From a virus (lineage: Duplodnaviria; Caudoviricetes), in the IMG/VR virus record IMGVR_UViG_3300010376_000124, positions 1-25,675 of that record: DNA of 25,675 nucleotides. One strand, written 5' to 3'. Below are positions 1-8,951 of the stretch, one piece after another. Both the position numbers and the translations under genes were made by a program. The notes beneath the pieces were generated by a model, which was not told the origin of the DNA, did not search any database, and worked only from the letters and a program-made list of their open reading frames with translations. How positions within the stretch are numbered: the stretch's first letter is position 1; the number at the start of each line of letters is the position of its first letter.

Positions 1-123
1 ATGGCGGCGTAGAGAGGCCCGGACTGGTCGGTGCACATCTGGTTGATGTCGCGGCGCAGGGCTCGCATGCCGACCACCGCGACGGTCGGCGCGGCCACTA
101 CGGCCCGGAGGGTGTGATGTTGC
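1..123 (+). repeat. Terminal direct repeat (left copy), assembly overlap of a circular contig
   Basis: 1-123 is identical to 25553-25675 and lies within coding sequence. Confidence 0.95.
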
Positions 124-574
124 GGGTCGGGGCGCCGGTCATGATCCAGTCGACGTCGACCTCAGAGGCGGTGCCGGCGTCACCTCCGAACACGGTGTAC
201 GGCTGGGGGATCATGTTCCCCTCAAACTGCGGGTTGGTCGCCCCGATCGGCCGGCTGGTGAAGGGGCGCACTTTGAACGGGCATTCGGTGCCGGCCGACT
301 GGTAGGCCTCGAGCGCAGTGTTGAGCGCGTCATCAACGCCGCCGGTCCCGAACGATTGCACGAACTTGGCTTTGAAATGCCATTTGACCGGGCCGGGGTA
401 GTCCTCGACGCCGCAGAAGGTGGTTACCTCGATCGGCTTGTTTTCCGGTTCGAGGGTGACCGATTCGCATAGGCATTTAAGGTTGATGTCGTTGACCTCG
501 ACGTAGGTGTCGGTCATCATCACTTTTTCGGTGACGACTTCGGGGACGTCGGCTCTCGGTTCGGTCATGGTCAT
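98..574 (-). CDS. Major tail (tube) protein
   Basis: 158 aa, beta-rich (IEVTTFCG...VKWHFKAKFVQSF...NPQFEGNMI...EVDVDWIMTGAP); AAGGAGG RBS upstream; lies between the neck genes and the tail chaperones. Confidence 0.8.
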   Translation of the reverse strand: MTMTEPRADVPEVVTEKVMMTDTYVEVNDINLKCLCESVTLEPENKPIEVTTFCGVEDYPGPVKWHFKAKFVQSFGTGGVDDALNTALEAYQSAGTECPFKVRPFTSRPIGATNPQFEGNMIPQPYTVFGGDAGTASEVDVDWIMTGAPTRNITPSGP

Positions 575-584
575 GTGGTCCTCC

Positions 585-968
585 TTACAGGTCGATACGG
601 ATGATCAGGTCGGCGGCCCGGTATTCGGCGCCGCCGATGGTCAACAGCCGAAAGTTGCGGTACTCGATGGGGGTGGCCGCCCACACCGTTTTGCCGAGGG
701 TCGGGTCGGCCATGACCGCGCTGTCGGCGGTGTCGAGCAGGGCGGACAGCTCGTCGGCCTGGTCGAGCGCGACGATGGCGGTGACCGCGAAGTCGGTTTG
801 GTCGACGCTCATGGCGGATGTGCGTTTGGTGACTGTGACCGGGTCGACGCAGACCAGGGCGGGCGGGTTGACCGTGGCCGGGCTGACCTTGAACACGGCC
901 ACGTGTTCGGCCGCCTCGGAGAAGGCGGCGACGAGCGCGGCCACGACCGGGGCCCGCTGCCAGCTCAC
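585..968 (-). CDS. Tail terminator / neck protein
   Basis: 127 aa directly upstream of the major tail gene; PATVNPPALV...ADPTLG...AADLIIRI pattern typical of actinophage tail terminators. Confidence 0.65.
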   Translation of the reverse strand: MSWQRAPVVAALVAAFSEAAEHVAVFKVSPATVNPPALVCVDPVTVTKRTSAMSVDQTDFAVTAIVALDQADELSALLDTADSAVMADPTLGKTVWAATPIEYRNFRLLTIGGAEYRAADLIIRIDL

Positions 969-1345
969 CCGAATACCACCGGGCCCCGGGCTGCGTAGAG
1001 CGCCTCAACGTCGGCGTCGACCCGTCCGACCCGGATGACGCCGGTCTCGCCGAATCCGAGGGTGCCGTCGATCGAGTCCCGCCTCCGGTACAGGCGCGCC
1101 GCATGTAGCAGGCACGCCTGATGTCCGGAGTCGGGCAGGGTTTCGGTGTCGGCCGGGTAGCGGTACTCGAGCGTGTATGTGGTGTTGCCCTGGCCGTCGT
1201 CGCCGACGACGAGAACCTGGCCGTAGCGGCTGACGCCGTAGTCGACCGCCGCGGCCAACGCCGTCTGGATGATCTGGTCCTCGGTCGGGTCGGGCTGCAA
1301 CCGGAGCAGGGAGCGGACCTCCTTGAGCGTCGGCCAGGCGGCCAT
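965..1345 (-). CDS. Head-tail adaptor (gp6/gp15-like)
   Basis: Probable start is ATG 1345 (MAAWPTLKEVRSLL), overlapping the upstream stop; QACLLHAARLYRRRDSIDG...DADVEAL motif of actinophage adaptors; 126 aa. Confidence 0.8.
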   Translation of the reverse strand: MAAWPTLKEVRSLLRLQPDPTEDQIIQTALAAAVDYGVSRYGQVLVVGDDGQGNTTYTLEYRYPADTETLPDSGHQACLLHAARLYRRRDSIDGTLGFGETGVIRVGRVDADVEALYAARGPVVFG

Positions 1346-1758
1346 CACACGTAGGTGAACTGGTCGGGCGAGTTGGCGTTCCCCCGCGGGTTTTGGACCA
1401 CCACCGCCGCCGCGCCGGCCGCATGCGCCGGTGTGGTGGCATGTACCTCGGCGTCGGAGACGACCGAGAAGGCGGTGCCGGCCGTGCCCCCGAAGGTGAC
1501 CCCGGTGGAGCCGGTCAGGCCGGCGCCGGCCACCACCACCGCTGTACCGCCCGCCGCGGGGCCGGTGGTCGGCGCGATCGACTCGACCTCCGGGGCGGCG
1601 GCCAGCGCCCCCCACTGGTCTTTGCGGACCAGCAGAGTGGTGGCGCCCGGAAACCAGTGCCAGCTTCCCGGCAGCGCCAGCACGGCCGGGAAGTCGGTGG
1701 CCGGGGCGGAGCTGGTCGCCGCCCCCCACGACCCGAGCGGTTTGAGCGTCCAGGTCAT
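1345..1758 (-). CDS. IPT/TIG immunoglobulin-like domain protein, probable virion decoration
   Basis: C-terminal about 82 aa (PEVESIAPTTGPAAGGTAVVVAGAGL...VTFGG...FSVVSDAEVHATTP...FTY) matches the IPT/TIG consensus; ATGA-coupled to the capsid gene. Confidence 0.85.
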   Translation of the reverse strand: MTWTLKPLGSWGAATSSAPATDFPAVLALPGSWHWFPGATTLLVRKDQWGALAAAPEVESIAPTTGPAAGGTAVVVAGAGLTGSTGVTFGGTAGTAFSVVSDAEVHATTPAHAAGAAAVVVQNPRGNANSPDQFTYV

Positions 1759-3122
1759 GTGGACGACTTGGAGCTGCTCCGGCTGTGGCTGGTCGACGCC
1801 TCAGCTGGCTCGGCCTGCTCGGCGGTGCCGCCGCCGTCGGGCTCGATTTCAGCCATGGTCGGCATGCCGGCCGGCGGGGTGAGCGGCACGATGCCGGTGG
1901 CCGACAGCGTGCCGTAGGCGACATAGCCGCCGTAGGCGACGGTCACGCCGAGTATCGACGGCTCGACCACCGACAGCAGTCCGATGACCTCCTCGTACAC
2001 CTCGTACAAGGCCGAGTTGCCGACGAACGCGGTGCCGGCTACAAACGTCGGGACCACGATCCGGGGCACGCCCAGCAGGTCGCCCATGAACGAGGCCAGC
2101 TCGGAGGTGCCGGGGGCGCCCATCTCGCGCATGACGTCGACGGGCAGAACCACCCGGGACACGTCGACCAGCGAGCCGAGCGCGGCCCACACGTCGAGGC
2201 TGCACCAGATCCGGTCCGGCATTTTGAAGCTGGCCTGATAGGAGTGCATGGCCGCGGTGTAGAGGGCGAGCACCCATCCCTTCAGGTCGTTGGTGGCGAC
2301 CACGACCGGGGTGGCAGTGGATGCGGCTTTGAACGCGGCCGCCACCGCGGTCTCGGTTTGCACCGAGTACACGTCGGCCAGGTCCCGGATCAAGATGTCC
2401 CACGCCGACGGGCTGGTCCAGTCGATGTCCTGGCGGGAGATGTCGACCACACCGCCGTAGGTGTTCTTGGTGAAGGTGACCGGCTGTATGGTCATCTTTT
2501 GCGACGGGAGCTGGGTCTTCTCCCCCACCTGGGGGCCGACGGTGGTGTGCTGGGTGACCTTCGGCCGGGAGAACGTGACGCCGGGGATGCCGCCCATAGC
2601 CTTGGCCCCGCCGAGTGATGAGATGAGCGGCCGGTTGGCGTCGATCAGGCTGATGACCGGCCCGACGATCGGGGTGGGCAGCACACCGGGCGTGTCGCCG
2701 GTGGTCTGGTTCGCGACGGCTCGCACCTGGGCCACCCGGGCCGCCGCCTGCGGGTCGATCTCGCTGTTGAACAGACCCCGGGCCCGGATCAGGTCGACCA
2801 TGTAGGCGCCGGCCGACGCGTAGCGGGGCCCGCCGTCCATGCCGTCGGCCCGGCGGGGCTGAGCCGGCGTCCGGTCCGGTGCGACGCCGGGCGGGGCGGG
2901 CAGATCCCGGACCGTGTCGCGATGGGCGGCGGCCACCCGCTCGTACTCCTCGAGCGGCTCGATCTGGTGGTCGATCTCCTGGATACGGTTGCGGGTGTGG
3001 TCGAGGACCGACTGCTCGGCGTCGGTCAAGTCGCGACCCTCAACCTGGTTGAGAATCGACTCGATGGTGTCAATCAGCTCCTGGCGCTCGGCGCGCAGAC
3101 GGACGAGAACGGCGTTAGGCAT
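1755..3122 (-). CDS. Major capsid protein, HK97 fold with N-terminal coiled-coil delta domain
   Basis: 455 aa; N-terminal heptads; GVLPTPI...QVGEKTQL...TYGGVVDISRQDIDWTSP...LLGVPRIV; follows the protease; GGAGG RBS. Confidence 0.93.
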   Translation of the reverse strand: MPNAVLVRLRAERQELIDTIESILNQVEGRDLTDAEQSVLDHTRNRIQEIDHQIEPLEEYERVAAAHRDTVRDLPAPPGVAPDRTPAQPRRADGMDGGPRYASAGAYMVDLIRARGLFNSEIDPQAAARVAQVRAVANQTTGDTPGVLPTPIVGPVISLIDANRPLISSLGGAKAMGGIPGVTFSRPKVTQHTTVGPQVGEKTQLPSQKMTIQPVTFTKNTYGGVVDISRQDIDWTSPSAWDILIRDLADVYSVQTETAVAAAFKAASTATPVVVATNDLKGWVLALYTAAMHSYQASFKMPDRIWCSLDVWAALGSLVDVSRVVLPVDVMREMGAPGTSELASFMGDLLGVPRIVVPTFVAGTAFVGNSALYEVYEEVIGLLSVVEPSILGVTVAYGGYVAYGTLSATGIVPLTPPAGMPTMAEIEPDGGGTAEQAEPAEASTSHSRSSSKSST

Positions 3123-3287
3123 TCGGACGGGACCTCCGCGGTAGTTGGACAGCTGGGGGCTAGCTAGGTGCTGGCACCGGCTGTCCGCCCGGTGGCCCTG
3201 CGGGCGAGCGCCGGAGGTGTCCTGGCACGCTCGGCCCGTGACCGTGCCGGCAGGCGGGTCGGTCGCGTACTTCGCTGGTCGCGGAGA

Positions 3288-3884
3288 CTAGCGCTTCAGC
3301 TTCGCCAGCTCGCGTCTCCAGGCGTCCACCTTGGTCTCACCTCGCGGTCGGGCCTGGGCCATGGTGCGCACCATGGTCACCTGCGCCTCGGCGAACGCCG
3401 GGGTCGGAGTGAGCGACACCTCCAGGAGGCGGCTCTCGAGGCGGGTCACCTTGTCCATGTGCTCGGGCCCGAGGCTGGGGTTCCAGTCGTCCACCCATTC
3501 CCACTCCGATCGGATGTCGGAGAACCCGATCGACATGTAGCCCAGGTCGCCGCCCTCGGCCAGTTTCGCCGCGGTCTGGGCGTCGGCGGTGTCGTTGAGC
3601 CTCCACAGGCCGTGCAGGCCGTCGTCGCGGTGATCCCATGACTCCGACACCCCGACCGGGAAGGAACGGTTGTTGTGGAACAGCAGCAGCGGCAAGCCTT
3701 TGGCCGCCTCCTTGGTGGTCCGATCCAAAGACCCTTTCTGGTGTTGCTCCAGATACCAGCCGACATCGGCCCACGTGTCATAGGGCACGGCCCGGCCCTC
3801 CAGGTACCGGTACGGCTTGCCCACCACCTGGGCGTCGCGGACCAGCATGACGGTGTCATACAGGCGGCCTTCGGAGGCGATCAT
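3288..3884 (-). CDS. HK97-family prohead maturation protease
   Basis: Probable start ATG 3884 (MIASEGRLY); LEGRAVPYD, PLLLFHN (catalytic His), MSIGF (catalytic Ser), LLEVSLTPTPAF motifs; 198 aa. Confidence 0.92.
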   Translation of the reverse strand: MIASEGRLYDTVMLVRDAQVVGKPYRYLEGRAVPYDTWADVGWYLEQHQKGSLDRTTKEAAKGLPLLLFHNNRSFPVGVSESWDHRDDGLHGLWRLNDTADAQTAAKLAEGGDLGYMSIGFSDIRSEWEWVDDWNPSLGPEHMDKVTRLESRLLEVSLTPTPAFAEAQVTMVRTMAQARPRGETKVDAWRRELAKLKR

Positions 3885-5116
3885 GGCTGGGGTGCTCCTT
3901 CGGGTTCGATAGCGGTCGGCTCGCCGCTGTCGGCGGGCTCGCCCTGCTGCAGTTCGGCCGCCGGCGCGACCGGCTGGGAGGTTTCGCCGGCCACGATCGG
4001 CAAACCCAGATAGGCCTGGGCCTGGACGGGAGTGATGATCTGCGCGTCGACCAGAGTGGCGAGCGCGGTGGCGGTGGTGGCCAGGTCGTCGCGCAGGAGC
4101 TGGTTGCGGTCGAAACGGACCGCCGTGCCTCGAGGCAGCCAGGCGAAGCTCCAGATGTCTTCGATGTCGGCCAGGACCGGTTCGAGTGATGTGCGCAGCA
4201 CCTGCTGATATTGCGGGCCGGCGGTGCGGTAGGTCATGCCCGCGACCGGGGCCCCGAGCCAGTAGCCGTCGAGGTTGAACATGTTGGCCACGTCGAGCAG
4301 CGTCATGTGGCGGGCGTCGATGAGCTGGGTGTCGGTCGGCGACCAAGCGAGCGGGATGACCTGGGTGCCGTTGGGCAAGATAACCGGCTCGCGCATCGGC
4401 CCGCCGAACTTGAGCATCCATTTCTCTTTGGCCTCGTCCGCCACCTCGGGGGTGACCGACGCCTGGGGTGTGATGACCGCCACCGATGGCACGGCCGACC
4501 CGGCCAGAGTGGACCGCTCGTACTCCTCCTCCATGGCCGCTCGGTCGAGTGTGGCTAAGTACTCCTCGACCACGCCGACCCCGCGCACCGGGTACATCCG
4601 ATCGGCGCCGCGGCGGATGTGGACCACATCGTCGAAGGGCAGCTCCTGGCCGAGGTAGAAATACCGGACGTCCTGCTCGTCGTAGGGAATCCACATGATG
4701 TAGCACCACGTCGCCGGCAGCCACGTGGTGGCCAGCGGCCAGCCGTCCGCCCCACGGGCAGTGATCAGGTTGATGGAATTCCCATTGAGCAGATAGTCCT
4801 CGACGTTGACATGAACGAACCAGCTCCGAGCGCGGTCGGGATCCGGACGCGACAAAAGCCGGGGTCGGGGTTGGGGCTGGATGCCCTTGTAGGCGTCCAT
4901 CGGCATCTGCTTGACCAGTCCCGAGTAGAGCTGGATGGCCCGCCCGACCGCCGGCACCCGCCGCGCCGATATGGCGTCATACACGTACGGGCCCGGTATG
5001 TTGCCCTGGGCGAGTGGTGTGCCGAAATTGCCGGGCGGGCCGATGACGCCTCTGGCCGTCAACGTCACCGGACCCTGGCTGGTCGCAACAACGCCGGGCG
5101 CGGCAGCCATCGACAT
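3881..5116 (-). CDS. HK97-family portal protein
   Basis: 411 aa; VPAVGRAIQL, YLLNGN, DDVVHIR, VANMFN and LLRDDL motifs; between terL and the protease. Confidence 0.93.
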   Translation of the reverse strand: MSMAAAPGVVATSQGPVTLTARGVIGPPGNFGTPLAQGNIPGPYVYDAISARRVPAVGRAIQLYSGLVKQMPMDAYKGIQPQPRPRLLSRPDPDRARSWFVHVNVEDYLLNGNSINLITARGADGWPLATTWLPATWCYIMWIPYDEQDVRYFYLGQELPFDDVVHIRRGADRMYPVRGVGVVEEYLATLDRAAMEEEYERSTLAGSAVPSVAVITPQASVTPEVADEAKEKWMLKFGGPMREPVILPNGTQVIPLAWSPTDTQLIDARHMTLLDVANMFNLDGYWLGAPVAGMTYRTAGPQYQQVLRTSLEPVLADIEDIWSFAWLPRGTAVRFDRNQLLRDDLATTATALATLVDAQIITPVQAQAYLGLPIVAGETSQPVAPAAELQQGEPADSGEPTAIEPEGAPQP

Positions 5117-5173
5117 CGCGCCAAAGGCTACAGGGCGAAAGTGCTGGTCGGAGGTATCGCCCCCGCCGAGTGG

Positions 5174-5260
5174 TCAGACTCGGCGCAGGATCAGCAGCAG
5201 GGCGGCCAGCGCGATGACCCCGACCTCGATCAGTAGGGCGATGGTTTCGGCGTCGCTCAC
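5174..5260 (-). CDS. Small membrane peptide (28 aa, MSDAETIALLIEVGVIALAALLLILRRV)
   Basis: Not in the ORF track; GTG start with AGGA upstream, fills the terL-portal gap, one hydrophobic helix with a basic tail. Confidence 0.6.
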   Translation of the reverse strand: MSDAETIALLIEVGVIALAALLLILRRV

Positions 5261-5269
5261 CGAGTGGTC

Positions 5270-6709
5270 CTACCCAATGCGAAAGTCGCCGTCGCCCGCT
5301 TTGACCAGCCCATAGCGGGCCAGGGTTACCGCCACCAGCGGGCAGATGTCGCCGCCGGTCTTACGAGCCCACGCCCACGCGTCGCCGAGCGGACGTTTGC
5401 GGGCCGCTGCCACCGCCGAGTTGAGGACCGGCTGATCCAGGTGGGCGAGGGTGGGCAGCTCGGCCATCACCGCGTCGAAAAGCTGCCCGCACGCCGCCGC
5501 GTAGTCGCGGGCTGTGATCGGCTCGGTGGGCACTTCGAGCGCGGTGAGCTCGGTCACCAGTGAACCGGCCGGCGACGCCGGATCCACGATCGTCGGCCAC
5601 ACCGGCCGCCACCGTCGCACCAGCTCGACCATCCGGCCCGGCACCCAATCCGCGCCCGGCCGGTGGTCGATCACCTCGACATGCACCCGCCGGTCGGGCC
5701 GCCAGCCGGCCACCCCGATCGCCGCCCACGTCCGGGCCGGGGTCACATCGACAGCGAACCGCGGTGTCGATGCCATATGCGACCCGGTATCGGCGGCCGC
5801 CGACCAATGGCCCGGGGCGATCACCGTGGCCCCGGTCGGCACCCGCCGGTTCAGGTAGTAGCGGGCGAAGTCGGCCGGGTCCATCGACTCCTTGTCAGCC
5901 CGGATCGTGTCGAGCGTGATGGTGTGGCCAAGCGCTGGCATGCATCGGATCCAGGTGGCCGGGTCGTCGGGGTCGTCGTCGTCGCCGGCCGACCACTCGA
6001 AGTAAGCGACGCCATAGCGGTAGTCGTCCTCGACCCGGGCCCGGCCGTCGGCCACCTTGGCGTTGAAGTACTCCGACATGTCGGTGCCCTCGGTCGAGCA
6101 GATGTAGAGCTGGGCGGTGGGCCGGGTCAGCATGGCCGGCCGGAACGCCCCTTCGAGCCGGCTGTCTCGCTGCGCCCACGCCTCATCGATGATGCCCAGA
6201 TCCAAGTAGAACCCATGCCCGGAGGTCTCCTCCGACGCGGTGATCCCGACCGTCGAGCCGGTCGGAATGAAGATGGTTCGCTCCAGGCCGGTCTGGCGGC
6301 GCACGTCGACCATCGGCCGCAAAGGTGTGGTGAGCAAATACTCGGCCTGCTCCTCCCATTTGAGCCTCGAGTTGTTGCGGTCCTGCGCCGCGTACACCGT
6401 CCGCTGCGAAGGCCCCCAATACAGCGACCGGTCCACCTCGAGCACGAGCTCGAGGGTGGTCTTGCCGCTCTGCCTGGGGACTTTGAGGCGGACCTCGCGG
6501 TAGACCGGCAGATGGGTGGCCGGGTCGATCTCGCCGGCCACGTTCAACACCTGGGCCTGCCACGGCATCAGCGGCTTTCCGATCAGCTTGGCCAGCTTGG
6601 CCTGCCGTCCGGCGACAGTGGGCCGCTCAGGACTCCGGGGCGTCGCCCATCTCGGCCGACAAACCTGCGAGGACTGCGGCGAGATTGTCGTTGTCTTCGG
6701 TTTGGCCAC
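5270..6709 (-). CDS. terL: Terminase large subunit
   Basis: Walker A VPRQSGKTT, Walker B LGIIDEAW, YFEWSA, nuclease AVDV; start uncertain (GTG 6709 or 6745), overlaps the terS 3' end. Confidence 0.93.
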   Translation of the reverse strand: MAKPKTTTISPQSSQVCRPRWATPRSPERPTVAGRQAKLAKLIGKPLMPWQAQVLNVAGEIDPATHLPVYREVRLKVPRQSGKTTLELVLEVDRSLYWGPSQRTVYAAQDRNNSRLKWEEQAEYLLTTPLRPMVDVRRQTGLERTIFIPTGSTVGITASEETSGHGFYLDLGIIDEAWAQRDSRLEGAFRPAMLTRPTAQLYICSTEGTDMSEYFNAKVADGRARVEDDYRYGVAYFEWSAGDDDDPDDPATWIRCMPALGHTITLDTIRADKESMDPADFARYYLNRRVPTGATVIAPGHWSAAADTGSHMASTPRFAVDVTPARTWAAIGVAGWRPDRRVHVEVIDHRPGADWVPGRMVELVRRWRPVWPTIVDPASPAGSLVTELTALEVPTEPITARDYAAACGQLFDAVMAELPTLAHLDQPVLNSAVAAARKRPLGDAWAWARKTGGDICPLVAVTLARYGLVKAGDGDFRIG

Positions 6710-6938
6710 GCAGCATCTTGAGCGCGGCGAGATGCACCCGGGCAAGCGACGCCATCGGCGCCGGCGAGGTCATCGGGTCGAGGGTGTCGAGGGCCCGGGC
6801 CACGGTCCGCACCAGGGCCACTGTGGCCTCGTCCACCGGCTCGAGGTGGCCGAGCTGGCGCAGGCTGGCAATCGTCCGCTCGGTCGCCGCCTGGTTGCGA
6901 TAACGCTCGCTCGGCGCTTTTCTGGCCATCCCATGCAC
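6627..6938 (-). CDS. terS: Terminase small subunit
   Basis: About 100 aa helical protein (VALVRTVARALD...ARVHLAALKML) immediately upstream of and overlapping terL. Confidence 0.7.
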   Translation of the reverse strand: MHGMARKAPSERYRNQAATERTIASLRQLGHLEPVDEATVALVRTVARALDTLDPMTSPAPMASLARVHLAALKMLRGQTEDNDNLAAVLAGLSAEMGDAPES

Positions 6939-7223
6939 CTATCTCGCGTATCGGCTGCGATCTGAGCGAATCTCGGCGCATCCGGCGCCAGGCCGAGCGT
7001 ATCGGTGCGATCAGCGCCGATCCCGGCCAGGTTTTTCCCCTCCGCGCAAAAAAAGGACGTTCGAGTTGCGCGGCCTGCCCCCCACCAAAAAACGGGCCGC
7101 CCTTCGGCGGCGACGGACCGGGTCGATCGGTCCGAGGACTGGCGGTGCCTCAGTGGTCATGTACCCCCGCCGGAAACCTGCACCCCTGGCCGTGTGGCGG
7201 TCGTCAGTCGATGACAACCCCGG
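6939..7223. other. Putative packaging (cos) region
   Basis: Gap between HNH and terS containing a cluster of A/T homopolymer tracts (about 7032-7092) that is rare in this GC-rich genome, plus imperfect direct repeats (6946-6968, 6997-7016); HNH plus HK97-type head is usually associated with cos packaging. Confidence 0.5.
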
Positions 7224-7505
7224 TCACCACCGTCTCGAACGGCGCCCCAGCGACCGGCCAGCCCGGGTCGCGTTGGCCAAGTAGGCCGCCTCTCGTGAGT
7301 TGCACGGCCCGCACGCGGCCCGCAGGTTGTCCGGATCATCGAAGGACCCGCCGAGCGATCTCGGCTGGGTGTGGTCGACCGAGGTGGCAATGCGGGTGCA
7401 GCGCGGTCCTCGGATCTGACAGGTGTAATGATCCCGTTCGAGTATGGCCAGGCGCAGTTCTCGCCACGCTCGGGTGGACAGAAGAGCGTCGCTGGGGTGG
7501 GTCAT
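7224..7505 (-). CDS. HNH endonuclease (HK97 gp74-like terminase cofactor)
   Basis: WRELRLAILERDHYTCQI...C...VDH...GG..DDPDNLRAACGPCN; adjacent to terS. Confidence 0.92.
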   Translation of the reverse strand: MTHPSDALLSTRAWRELRLAILERDHYTCQIRGPRCTRIATSVDHTQPRSLGGSFDDPDNLRAACGPCNSREAAYLANATRAGRSLGRRSRRW

Positions 7506-7792
7506 TTGCGGGCGGACTTGAACCCGGCCCTGGCTGTGGTTCCGCGGGGTCCGTGGATGGTGGCGATACCGGACCCGCGGATCTTCACCACCCGGGCGAC
7601 AGTCGAGTACGACCCCCGAGTGGTTCGTTGGGCGGCTCGGCCGAGCGCGTTGCGATGTATACCCTGCCGTTGCCGTTCTGATATCCCGGCCCGTCTGGCT
7701 TGCGCCTTGGTCGGCACCGGGTACTTGCGAGTGGATGGGTAGACGAACGCCGAGTTAGATAGTGCGTTGCGTTGATTGGCGGTGAGTGCCAT
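7502..7792 (-). CDS. Highly basic 96-aa protein (DUF6582-like N-terminus)
   Basis: ATG 7792 with GAGGAGG RBS; LTANQRNALSNSAFVYPSTRKYP...RNALGR recalls DUF6582; 20 K/R versus 1 acidic residue. Confidence 0.6.
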   Translation of the reverse strand: MALTANQRNALSNSAFVYPSTRKYPVPTKAQARRAGISERQRQGIHRNALGRAAQRTTRGSYSTVARVVKIRGSGIATIHGPRGTTARAGFKSARK

Positions 7793-7874
7793 GTGGATCG
7801 CCTCCTCGATTCGCCGGTGGTGGTTCCGCCCGCACCAGACGACTGGACGCTGGGCGGATGAGCGACGCCCTGGG

Positions 7875-8951
7875 TCACCAGGAGACGACGACGACATAGC
7901 CGTCGCCGCCCCGGCCGCCCGCCCCGGACATGCCGGTCCCGTTGGTCGCGCCGCCGCCGCCGCCGCCCGAACCGTTGACGCCGTTGCCGCCCGTACCGCC
8001 ATTACCGGTGCCGCTGTTGGAGGCGCAGCCGCCGCCGCCGCCGGCCGCGGCCACGGTCAGTCCGCCGGTCGGGGCGTTGCTGCCGTTGCCGCCGGGCGGC
8101 TGTCCGGCCGTCCCAACCCACCCGGTGACCGCACCGCCAATCTTGGAGTAGTTCCCGGTGCCGCCGGCAAAGGTGGCGTTGGCCGCGCTCACCCCGCCGC
8201 CACCGCCGCCGCCGCTGGCAAACGATCCGACCGCGCTGGCCGCGCCGGCCGCGCCGGCACCCCCGGCGCCGCCGTTGCCGCCCGGCCACAAAGTGAAAGT
8301 CGTGTTAGCCGTGCCGGCCGTGGCGCCGACCGAGGCGGCCCCGTTGACGGCTTGCACAAACGGCTGGTTCGTCGGGCCGAACAAACTCGGGCCGGAGGCG
8401 TTACCTCCGTTGTTGGCCGCGCCCGAGCTGGGCGCGCCACCGGCCCCGCCCGCTCCGACCACGAGCGCTACGGTCGCGGGCAGGTCGGAGGCGAGGAAGG
8501 TCTGAGCTGACAGCCCGCCTGCGCCGCCGCCCCCACCACCCGAAGCGGCGGTACCGAGAGCGGCGGCCACCCCGGACGAGCCGCCGCCGCCGGGCCCGCA
8601 GCAGGTCACCTGCACCATTGTCACCCCGGCCGGTTTGGTCCACGTGAACGAGCCGGGCACCCGGAACACCTGGACGTCGGCGGAGCCGGCCGGGCCGGGC
8701 GGGCCTTGTGCGCCCTGGTTGCCTTGTGGTCCCGGGTTGCCTTGCGGTCCGGCGACTCCGGGCGGGCCTTGTGCGCCCTGGTCGCCTTGTGGTCCCGGGT
8801 TGCCTTGCGGTCCGGCGACTCCGGGCGGGCCTTGTGCGCCCTGGTCGCCTTGTGGTCCGGGCGGGCCGGGCAGTCCGGTGAGGACGGTGGCGTCAACGAT
8901 TACCTGGGGCGGTCGCACCTCGAGTACGTCGATGACCGCGATGTCGGTCAT
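7875..8951 (-). CDS. Collagen-repeat, glycine-rich fibre protein
   Basis: Probable start ATG 8951 (MTDIAVIDV); Gly-X-Y run, then [23 protein letters not shown]...[16 protein letters not shown] glycine-rich domain typical of phage fibres; 358 aa. Confidence 0.8.
   Translation of the reverse strand: MTDIAVIDVLEVRPPQVIVDATVLTGLPGPPGPQGDQGAQGPPGVAGPQGNPGPQGDQGAQGPPGVAGPQGNPGPQGNQGAQGPPGPAGSADVQVFRVPGSFTWTKPAGVTMVQVTCCGPGGGGSSGVAAALGTAASGGGGGGAGGLSAQTFLASDLPATVALVVGAGGAGGAPSSGAANNGGNASGPSLFGPTNQPFVQAVNGAASVGATAGTANTTFTLWPGGNGGAGGAGAAGAASAVGSFASGGGGGGGVSAANATFAGGTGNYSKIGGAVTGWVGTAGQPPGGNGSNAPTGGLTVAAAGGGGGCASNSGTGNGGTGGNGVNGSGGGGGGATNGTGMSGAGGRGGDGYVVVVSW
8695..8858 (-). repeat. 63-bp tandem repeat (about 2.6 copies) encoding collagen [21 protein letters not shown]
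   Basis: Near-identical units begin at 8695, 8758 and 8821 on the + strand. Confidence 0.9.

Noticed and set aside
1-123. 123-bp terminal repeat as a biological DTR or attL/attR
   Set aside because: It lies within tail-gene coding sequence, and attP and the probable cos are elsewhere; best explained as assembler overlap.
1755-1803. Programmed frameshift fusing capsid to the IPT/TIG protein
   Set aside because: The IPT frame is open only 14 codons upstream of its ATG and has no slippery heptamer; ATGA coupling suffices.
5663-6721. Long opposite-strand or alternate-frame ORFs (e.g. 5663-6721 +, 1785-2618 +, 23663-24835 +, 13685-14581 -)
   Set aside because: Shadow ORFs of high-GC genes with R/G/P-rich, motif-free translations overlapping well-supported genes.
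8695-8858. 63-bp tandem repeat as CRISPR or DGR template/variable repeat
   Set aside because: No unique spacers, in-frame collagen coding, and no reverse transcriptase in the genome.
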